A DNA stretch of 47,657 bases, filler included, from Streblomastix strix (Eukaryota), in assembly GCA_008636045.1 (NCBI GenBank). It is 2 parts of 2 records of this genome, joined end to end, with 100 filler letters (N's around TTAATTAATTAA, not from the genome) between each part and the next. Parts side by side here need not be neighbours in the genome. Positions count along the whole stretch, not along the records: positions 23,888 to 47,657 come from SNRW01000262.1; 1 more part is not named here. The stretch is one strand, 5' to 3'. The notes under the pieces were generated by a model. It was not told the origin of the DNA and did no database searches. It worked only from the letters and a program-made list of their open reading frames with translations. The position numbers and the translations under genes are program-made. Positions 37,925-47,657 of this stretch are shown in pieces. Numbering within the stretch: position 1 is the first letter of the stretch; every line of letters starts with the position of its first letter.

Positions 37925-38607
37925 TGTTAGCTGAACAAAATAAATAATAATAATATATAATTCACCTTATTTATATATTGGGGTATATATAAAATTTTAA
38001 TAGATTATTTATAACGCAAATAAAAAAAAACTAAGTTAGAGCTATAAAATTGTGAAAGTTTTTCTTGTAGAAATTAAAATCGTCTTATCCTGCCATAATT
38101 ATTGGTTTTAATAGAAAATATCTAATTTTAAATTTTAAAAATATTTAATTTATAAGTGAAATGAGTTGTTTAATAAAAAGTTATTTGGAAAATGTGCAGG
38201 AAATTGATTTGTAAATATTTTTTGCTTTAAGAATGCATAAAATTTGATATTTGAGTTAAAAATGAATAAAACTATTAAATTTGAATTAACTGTAACAATT
38301 AAAGTAATTATAGAGATATTTGATGTGGTGGTGCAGGATAAATTAAAGATGGAATCAGTTCAAATTCTGGAAATTTTTAAGAGCGATTAATATATGTAAT
38401 GAAATTAATATATAAATTTTTAATTTGATTTAGTAATAAAAAATCCAAAAGTAATAGCTTTTACTATTCAATCAAAATTCATATGAAAGAATATTTGAAT
38501 TAAAAAAGCACAAACAATGTTTATAAGAGATCTAATATGCTCTAAATATAATTATTGTTTTATATACATTATTTATAAAGCAAAATTATATATAAAAGTT
38601 AATACAA

Positions 38608-40038
38608 TCATTAAAATTCATCCAAGTCTGCATTGTATCCCACAATATCATGAGCTATATGAAGTTAATCAAGGAACTTACCCATTGTATATGCAGATGA
38701 TGAAGATGAATGTTTATGTTCTTCTTCCTAACTGTCATCATTTTCTTTATTTTCATTCATATCCCAAGATTTATTTTCATTTTCAATTGATTCTTCATTT
38801 TCATCTTCATTTAATCTTCTTCTCTTCTTTCCATTATTATTTGTATCATCATTATTTGTATCATAATCTTCATCATTATCAACTTCTAAATCATCTCTAG
38901 CACGTTTAGTTGCTCTATGACCAAACTAATCACTTAAATCAATTTCTCCATTATTACTCAGAAAACTAAATGACACAGATTCAGAATTAACTTTGTTATT
39001 ATCTTCCCAATTATCATCATTATTATTATATTCACTACTGCCATATTTATTATTACCTCCAAATGCTTCTTATTATTTATGCATTTCTTCTGCCTTTGGG
39101 AATAACTCCTATAACATATCTATGCATACACCTTTCCATTTAGATGTGAGTGATTGAAGATCTTGGATTCTTTTTTATTGTTTCTGTTCTTATGATTTTG
39201 AAGTTGAATCAATTTCTTTCTTCTTCTATTATTCTTCATTATCTTCTTCTTTCTATATAATAGCTTTTGCTTTATTCAACATAATAGAGAATCTATTATA
39301 TAGTAATTAAGTTGTCTTATTAGTATTTTAAGGAGTATTTGATATTGATGAGTTAATGTTATGAGTAAGGGGTCTAGGTGTGATTGCAGACATATTCTTA
39401 GGAATGATTCTTCCTCCAAGTTATCTAACAGAAGATGGAGATATTTGGGTCTTTGGAGAAGACAGAGAATATAATTGTCTCTGTGATGATGGGGTTGCAT
39501 GTTATTCATTATTTGACTGATTAGTTATAATTGGTGTATCAGGTTATTGTTAGATTATACCATCAAGTGAAAATGATGCAAATAGAGGAAATTTGAATGG
39601 AGGAAGACTAATAAATTAATCTTTTCTTTCTTCTGATGTTGGTGGAAGAAAGATTTCGGGTATTTTAAAGAATTAAACAAGATGAGGGCAAACAACTATT
39701 GGATAATTTGGTGTAGAAATTTTCTATTTTGTTGGAGTAAGTTGTGTAGATGGCCTTAATCCAACGCCAATACTCTTCCTCATTGTTGGCAAGCTTAACT
39801 TGGCCTTTGTTTCTATTATTTATTTAGATGAACCAAAACATGCCTTATTCCAGTCCTCTGCCCATACAAAGTCAATTTTTCTACCATTTTTTGATTTAAA
39901 CGATGCAGACTATATTAGTCCTTTACCTATAAGATCATTAAGTCTTGCTTGGTCTATTCCAAATTCATTCAAAAATTCTTAAACAGGGCAGGGAGCATTT
40001 TTAGTAAGCAGGGAATTTATAATTTGATCAGTTTACAT
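38608..40038 (-). CDS. SFR1/Mei5-like recombination mediator (476 aa)
   Basis: Single frame. IQDLQSLTSKWKGVCIDMLQELF and terminal YTMGKFLDQLHIAHDIVGYNADLDEFQ* match the Mei5/Sfr1 pattern L..LI.KW....Q..L.EL ... TM..ML..L.I...L.GYD...E.F. A short 5' exon is possible (acceptor-like TAG at ~40053). Confidence 0.72.
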
Positions 40039-40362
40039 TTGAATATGCAAATCTAAAATAAATAAAACAAATAAATATTATAGAATTGAAAAATTAAATT
40101 ATATTGTTGAGAAAAGAAAAAATCAAGTAAAAAAATATTATTTCGGCCCGAAGCAAATTCTTTAACTTTCAAAACAATTAATATCGTCATAATATAATAA
40201 GTTGCAAGCAAAAATTAATTTTGAACGTTAAATAGATTTCAACTGCTTGAGTAATAATCGTATTTAATTTTTGAAAAATTTAATATGCACTTAAAGCTTT
40301 AATTAGTATAACTATCTCAAAAAAGAAATAAATATTTAATAACTCATATTTATTTAATGAAT

Positions 40363-42001
40363 TCATTCGGTTTTCCTTCGTTTTTGGCTTTTTTTCGCTT
40401 TTTTTTCTTTTGGTTTTGTATGTTATTTTTTGATGGTAGTTATTTATTTCCCTTTTTCTTATTTGTCTGAATTAGATTCTTCTTCGTTACTATTTGAAAT
40501 AGATTATTCTTCGTTAATATTTGAATTATATTATTCTTCACTATTTTCTGTATTAGGTTTTTCATCTTCGATTTTTACACTTCTTTTTCTCTTAACTTTT
40601 TTAGTATCATTTCCTTTATCTTTCTTCTTATCATTTTCATTTGATTTCTTTTCTTTAATACTCTTCTAACTTTAAGATTCTGAATCTTCATCATTAGATT
40701 TAATGCTTTTCTAATTTGATATTTTGACAAACTTGCATACAAAGAATCCATCCATGTTATGAGTATGAGGATAATATCTCTTACAGTTTGAAACAGAAGG
40801 ATGGAAATGATATTACTGAAACTTAGTCAATCCATTAGATCCAAAATCAAGACCAGTTGGTACAATCCTAACCTATCTCTTCTATAATGCATAATCAACA
40901 ACAGCTTCATTCTCTTCAACCAACACTGAACAAGTTGAATACACAATTATTCCTCCAGATGATGATCCTGCATTTGCACAATCTATTGCTGCAAGTAATA
41001 ACTCTTTCTATGTATGTGCACAAAGACGTAGATCAGCTTCTGTTCGTTTAGCCTTGACTGATGGATCACGTGATACAACTCCAGTTCCTGTACAAGGTGC
41101 ATCAAGAAGGACTCTATCAAATCCAGTTCTTATCTGGGGGAATTTCCTTCCATCTTCACAAGTAACAACACAGTTATCTATTCCCATACGATGCATATTT
41201 GCTACATGAGCCTATAATAGTATATATATAAATAAAGGAGATAAAGACATGTCAATAATCACTATTATACTTTAAGCCTCTCTTTATTGACATCATTAGC
41301 TACAATTACTCCAGTCTTCTTCATAAGAGCTGCAATATAGGCTGTTTTCCCTCCTGGTGCACAGCACATGTCAAGGATAGTCTCATTTTCCTAAAATGTT
41401 AATTATATTAAAATGAATTAATAATAGAATAATAATTCTTATTATAATCAAATAATAACTTTTGGATCAAGAGCAATTACAGGTGTGAATGATGATGCGC
41501 TTTGTAGCATATAATGTCCAGCTAAATATTCAGGAGTTGCACCAATAGGTACATCAGATCTATGAATAACAAGTCCAACCTTTGTCCATGAGCCCAATGG
41601 ATCAAGATTAACTCCTCTGTTAATAAGCGCTTATGCAAGCTCTATTTATAAGAGAAAGATTACAATAAATAAATAAAAATAAAAATTAACCTCTTCTGTG
41701 TGTTTTGAGTGTGTTTGTTCGAATTGTCATGGGCCTTTACTACTCCTAAGCATCTATATATTAGATGGCCTCAGCTGGAGAAAATATTTACAGAATTTTT
41801 CTGGCAAGAAATTCGTTATAGCCGTAGAAGCGTGATATACAATTAACTAACTCATCTAAATAGCTTTATCTTGACTTGCCTTTCGCTAATAACTTGAAAT
41901 TTGTTAATATTTCAAGGATTTCCTGAATTCTACACAATTCAAACAAAAGTATTATATTTTTAAAATGGAAGATGTGCATACCTGGCTTGAACTTCGGTCA
42001 T
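40363..42001 (-). CDS. NOP2: 25S/28S rRNA m5C methyltransferase NOP2/NSUN1; 4 introns
   Basis: [108 protein letters not shown]-rich tail. Confidence 0.95.
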
Positions 42002-42393
42002 TAAAAAAAAAACAGCAAATTTGACTGTATTGTAATAATGTTCAAAAAAAATAAGTAGATATATGTGTTATTAATTAAGGTATTCCTGTGCTGTTGCAAT
42101 TAGAGAAGAAAATATTTAGCAGAGTACTTATCGATCATGTAATTCTTGCATTTCAATAAAAAGCCTCTAGATTTCTTGAATGAAAAGTAAATACTTTTTT
42201 AATAGTTAGAATCAATATAAGTTAATAATCTGCTACTAATATTTAAGATATTATGTTGTTTTAGTGACCAATGGCCGAGAAATTTGCTCGTCAAAATTTT
42301 TCCAAATTCTGATGAGCGTTTAATCATTTCATTATGCAATTGATTGGCCTAAATATAATAAGCTAAATTTTAACGTTGTTTATTACCCACAAA

Positions 42394-43438
42394 ATGTATC
42401 GGATCGACGGCCGCTTGGATCGCGAGCTACGAGCCATTTCATGCGACATTGGTTGTTATCCTACGTTTGACGGGTCAGCGTTGTTTTCGTAGGGTAACAC
42501 ACAAGTTTTAGCAACTGTCAGCGGACCTAAACAGGTTCATTATTTTATTTATACAAACTATTTAGTTAATATTTGAATTTATTATAAAATAACTATTTCA
42601 TTAAAATATATTTAAATATATTCACATCTTTTTATTTTTAGTGTCGAATTAGGAACCGTGAAAAGCGAGATAGGGCGATAATTCAAGTTCAGATTTTCTT
42701 TCCTGCATTTTGTGCTGTGGAGCGTAAGAAATCTGGAAGATATGATCAGTATGCCACATATATAGTTAAATTGTTAATTTAAACTATGATATTTTATATT
42801 TTAGTCACTCAAAAGAGGTTGGGCTGGAGATAAAAAATGTTCTTGAATCACTTGTCCTACTTGAAATTTAACCAAGATCGTAAATAGATGTTAATATTTC
42901 TGTTATATAAAGCGATGGCGGTATGTTCAATGATCCAAGCATCACTTTGATATTATTTGAACTGCTTTCCTTATATTCAGGAGTTAAATGCGCTTCAATC
43001 AATGCCTCAGTTTTGGCATTGATTGATGCTGGAATCCCATTAAAGGGCGTTCTTGCTGCTTGTGCAGCTGGATATGTAAATGACAAGCCTGTTCTTGGTG
43101 TGCAATTATCTTATTACTCCGAATTAAATATTTTTATAGACATGAACAGAGATGAACACACATTTAAAGGAGCTGATGTACCTGTTGCTTTGCTGACACC
43201 CATTTCAATTTCTAAGAAAGGATAAAGCCGTAGTAAGACTTTGGATAATGCAGTGGAGCTTCTGAAAGAGAGTGAAGATGAGATTCTATTAGTGGAATCA
43301 AATGCACAACTTAGTGCAGAACAATTTAATACAGTTATGGCTTTAGCAATGGATGGATGTAAACAGATTGCAGAATATATGAAGCAGAAAGTAAGAGCAC
43401 ATGGAAGTAAGCTCCTTGCTGATATAGAAACCGTGTGA
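42394..43438 (+). CDS. RRP41: Exosome RNase PH-like subunit Rrp41/EXOSC4; 4 introns
   Basis: MYRIDGRLDRELRAI, DGSALFSQGNTQVLATVSGP, PRSQIDVNISVIQSDGG, CASINASVLALIDAGIP, D MNRDE. Confidence 0.92.
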
Positions 43439-43621
43439 ATCAAATATTTTTATCATCACTTCATTAATATGCAGCTCATTTATTAACATTTCATATGAAC
43501 ATAATCCAATAATACAGCCTTATTGTGTATAAGAAAAAATGAAGTGTAAAAAGATATCCATTACAAGTTGCATCTTGCTGCAAGCGTAAGTGAATAAGTG
43601 AATAATAATACATAAAATCAA

Positions 43622-46208
43622 TCAAGGAAGGTATTTAAAAGTGTGTCGATCATTCTTATCCCTTTCTAAATACTCTCTTTCAGTAAGGCTGTCCACTCTT
43701 TGTGAGATTAAACGAGCAGTTGGAGAGAATCTTTGTATAAGAAGCCTTTACACCTCTTTTGTAAGTTCGCTTATATCCATCTTCTATTTTAATTTCATAG
43801 TTCTTACAATTATAGCATCAATTAAATATTATCTATCGTCATCCGTCTTCTGAGGAAGTCCAGCTTCATTTTCATCTAAATCCATCTCCCTCTAAAGAAG
43901 AGCATGACCAAGATTAAGATGCTTACTAGAATATGTGAAGTTTGTATTGAATGAGAAAATATCTGTTTATTCAAATGATGAGCTTTCTTAGGAAAGTGAG
44001 ATTGCAATTATACTTTCATTTGCACTATCAGATAGACTTGTGGTGCTTCCTTTAGATTATAGATCTGTGGTACTTTGCGAAGTGGATGGCAACAAACTTT
44101 GTGAAGTGGATTATTGCATTTTATTTTGAGATGCATTTTGTGATTAATTAGAATATGGTTAAGAATAGTTGACGTGAAGCAGTATTTTAACTTTTGGAGA
44201 TATTAATGTCTCCATTACAATTGCAAGATCATCTGGTTCTATATGTGTTTATGCTAATATATCTGCATATGAAATCTAATCTGAATTATTATACAGTAGA
44301 AGAACAAGCATCTGAAATGTAGTAACATCAAGATCATAGATTTTTTTAGAAGTGTTGAATTTAATCTCGCTTATTCCAAGATTATGTTACCATCTTAATT
44401 ATCTTCCCCTAAACTTTGTCTAATAAAATTCCTCAAATAGTTTAGATAGGGATTGCATCTCCAAAGTAATTGTAGTTCGAGATGGAGTTTGTTTAGGCCA
44501 ATATGTTGATGTGAGAACAACTGGAAATATTTCAAATTCAGGAAGTAAGCTTTATTAACTTCCTTTCTTTGCTTATTATTTCTCTTTTAATCTTTTCTCA
44601 TCCAGTGAAATCTTGAATTCTTGAGCACGTTCATCGCACTTCTCCATATCCTGTTGCATACCCTCTAACATATTAGTAAACTGCTATCCACATATTGTAC
44701 GTAATTAATCTATTACCAACTATTCAAGACTCCCCATTTACTTCCTCTTCTGCAGAATTCTTTTTCCCAATCCAGCTTTATAATGAGCTTCAAAAATATC
44801 TTTCTCTTCCAGAAGCTCAAATATATCCAAACAATCCTTAACTTGTTTCTCAAGTGTTTCATCCAATGTTTCACTCTACTAACTGGCTTTTATTAATTTA
44901 GCATCTAAATATATTGCAAGGATTTTAGCAGCATTTGGTTTCTGATTCAAACACTTTCTCAAAGTATCCTGAAGTGCTCTTAAGAAATTAGAATCAGCTT
45001 TACCGCTCTCAATTGACATGAATGCATCATCTGTGAAAATAGTGAATCTCTTCTTTAATGTAACAAATTACTCTACAAAAGGTTCATTACTCATCACTTT
45101 GCCTTCTTTCTCTTTACATACTTCTTCTCCTTATTATAAAATAAACTTCTTAAACTCATTCAGAAGAGGATCAAGTGCATCAGTCTGTGTAGAGAGTATT
45201 CTGTATAATCTTCTTACTTCTTGTGTTCTTCCTTCTCTAAACATCCATCTTAATCCATTCTCTCCTTCAAATATCTTCTACACATGATGTTGCACCATTG
45301 CTACTACTAGTGTCTACTCTGCTTTTAATACTGTTGGTGGTTACATTATTTAGCTGCATCTCGACGATTCTTCATCAAGACGCTTCTATACTAGATCTAA
45401 GTAGTTGCCAATACTCAATGAGTTGATCTATTTACTCTCAGACAACCAAAATTCCTTCGATTTTTCTAAGAAAGACTTTTCAAACATATTTTCATAAAAG
45501 TCTTTTGATTCAATACTTACTTTGCTTAACATTTAAATGTATGTTTCTATTCCATCTGTATCTGCATTTTGACCATTTCTTAGTTTTTCAATTTCAGAGA
45601 GTGCACGAGGTAGAATATCATCTTTTAATCTCAATTTATTAAGCACAGATTCGCGGAAGAAAATCATAATCATATTATATGTTGTATGTTTATGGTTTGC
45701 TTGTGCATATACTTTGTCCAGGTAGAGAAAGAAGTCTGCAATTTTACGCGAGAAGTCTGCTGCCCATCTCCATTCATCACGGAATCTGACCCACGCTTTG
45801 GATGATGTAATATTAAGTGATTAAACACGTTTCTGCATGCTGCTTTTGATAAAGGCTTCCAGTCATTGATATACTACATCTCCTTTACGCTAAAGTACGA
45901 AAATATAAACTCTTCTGTTAAATTTTGCATATCATATATAAAAATAAAATAATTATATGGAAAATATTAAAAACAATAATAAATAATATAATGGAAACAA
46001 AAAGCAAAAATCTTTCCAACAAATTTTCCAAAACAAACCTGTACACTTCTTCGAAAAAGGGACCCTATTTTCGTTGTTCTACTGCAGCACGCATAGCATC
46101 TTCTACAATTGCCCACGACCGTTGCTCACCGCCTTTTAGTACAGGTGCTGTTGTGCTTACATCACTCTAAGAAGTTTGTTAGGCAGCTCCGCTTATCCCA
46201 CGAAACAT
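43622..46208 (-). CDS. Cullin (CUL3/CUL4-like), one intron, one in-frame TGA
   Basis: FEEVYR, FLYLDKVY, FEKSFLEKS..FW, EEKDIFEAHYKAGLGKRIL, CGQQFTNMLEGMQQD, VLTSTYWP, GRQLRWQHNLG, neddylation region IDAIIVRTMK, LTEREYLERD. Intron ~45915-46038; TGA at 45863-45865. Confidence 0.92.
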
Positions 46209-47168
46209 TCTGTAGTATTTATATAATTAAAATGTTTAACAATATTAAATTTGAAAAATGCGAATTTATGTTTATTGAATTTACTATCAGTTGAGGCGTA
46301 GGACAGCGGATAAAAAATAGAAAATTTGAAGGTTATTCTTACATGATAAAAAGAAAATGTCAAAAATATTATATAAAAAGTTATTCAACGATCAAATTCA
46401 ACATAGAATATTGAATAATAACGACAAAAAGAAACAAAAAGTAAAAAATAATAACCCGAATTTGCTATAGTGCCTCCAAAAAATATGTAGCCTGCATAGA
46501 CGACCATAGATGGTTTAAATAGCTTAAAATTTTAAGAAAAAACTAATAACTAATTAATATTATTGGTAATTTGGAGGTACGAATTTGATTTTACCAAACT
46601 TCAGTCCTCGTTATTTATTGTCTAATGTTCGTTATCAATTTAATTAGTAATCAAACATATAATAAAATTTTTATATATATCATAATTATATAAATACCTA
46701 TAATACTCTACTGAGAAACTAGGTAAACAGAATCATAGAAAAATGCAAATTTTCTAAGTAAATGCTTATTAAAATTTCCATATTTATATGTATTTTTCAT
46801 TCAGCATAACAATGCATATAAATTAATTATTTTATTTATGAGAAAACTTACATTAACCATAGAAATACTGTGCTAAAATAATATTTGTAATTTGATTTTT
46901 TTTAATCTTTATTATTATTTTATTTTCATTTTGATTATCGTTCTTAATTTTATCTTATCAAGATTTAATATATTCTTTAATATGTGAATAATTATTAGAT
47001 TAAAGGATTTTATTGACAAAATTAAAAAATTAATAATCAATAATTGCATTAATGCAATAAAAATATATCACAATTAAGTTCTTATATACATCTTTTATTA
47101 TTATTATTTTAAAAAAATGACTATTGAAGTGAAACTCATGCTTAAAAATCAATGTTTTATCAATTGAA

Positions 47169-47552
47169 TCACCGAGCTTCAAATTATATAACTGCATAAT
47201 GATTCATAAAAATTGATTGCAAAGATAACAATTATATTTATATAATATTAAAAAACCTTTAGTTGTTCTTAGTTTGTATAATATTTTATGCCCACATTTA
47301 GCACAACTCACTATTTTAATCAGAAAAAATGAAATGAAATATATGTATATAATTTATGAGATAATTTATTGTAATAATTGTTTATATACCTTTATCAGAA
47401 AGTTTCACACTTGTGTTTTGACCACAGCCTAATAAAATAAATATATTATTGAGATGAAATAAAGGAAATCACAAACTTCCACATGTATATGTGATTGTTT
47501 TCGGTGCTTCTTGCTGAGTTTATGGATTCTGCGTTGGTCTTGGGGCTTACAT
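47169..47552 (-). CDS. RPB12: RNA polymerase I/II/III common subunit RPABC4/Rpb12; 3 introns
   Basis: MQAPRPTQ..ITYTCG|SCGQNTSVKLSDK|VSCAKCGHKILYKLRTTK|VIQFEAR*. Missed by the ORF track. Confidence 0.93.
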
Positions 47553-47657
47553 ATTAGAATTTCAACTAGTACAAAAAATATATTAGTAATAATTATTTAA
47601 AGTATACAAACGAAAAAAAGAAAAAAAAAAAAAAAAATAAAAAGTATTTTTATATTT

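Noticed and set aside
38300..38390. IEIFDVVVQDKLK resembling a small-GTPase WDxGGQD motif; GTTCAAAT resembling a tRNA T-loop
   Set aside because: No P-loop or NKxD motif and no cloverleaf; at most a degraded fragment.
46440..46900. GC-richer patches and a TTGGTAA/TTACCAA stem between cullin and RPB12 (small gene or snRNA?)
   Set aside because: No recognisable protein or snRNA signature could be assembled.
1..47657. All three stop codons reassigned (Blastocrithidia/Condylostoma-like code)
   Set aside because: Trp is TGG in host genes, the giant ORF shows no TGA that I could find, and genes end at TGA. Only one host in-frame TGA was seen.
1..47657. CRISPR arrays, tRNA or rRNA genes
   Set aside because: No repeat-spacer periodicity or RNA gene signatures seen.

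Overview
AT-rich eukaryotic DNA with short spliceosomal introns. It uses a non-standard code in which TAA/TAG = Gln and TGA = stop, so the supplied ORF track is fragmented and I re-translated by hand. The code, the introns and the gene families fit an oxymonad such as Streblomastix, but that is inference; ciliates use the same code. Two contigs are joined by an artificial N44-TTAATTAATTAA-N44 linker at 23788-23887. Left contig: a 5'-truncated, intronless, >4,060-codon midasin-derived AAA+ gene with three VWA domains and extra domains; an orphan PADR1 zinc-finger ORF; a beta-helix-like type I membrane protein; an ARM-like fragment; and a decaying Polinton/Maverick-like endogenous virus (putative penton, rve integrase, AT-hook protein, unknown ORFs, protein-primed PolB) written in the host code. 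The PolB carries an in-frame insertion made of four triloop mini-hairpins flanked by a 9-bp direct repeat. Right contig: an eIF4G-like MIF4G gene; a 4,251-bp tandem duplication containing a SMYD gene and bounded by inverted repeats; then LSM2, DTD1, a MARCH-type RING-CH ligase, SFR1/Mei5-like, NOP2, RRP41, a cullin with one in-frame TGA, and RPB12. Coordinates were counted by eye and intron boundaries are approximate.
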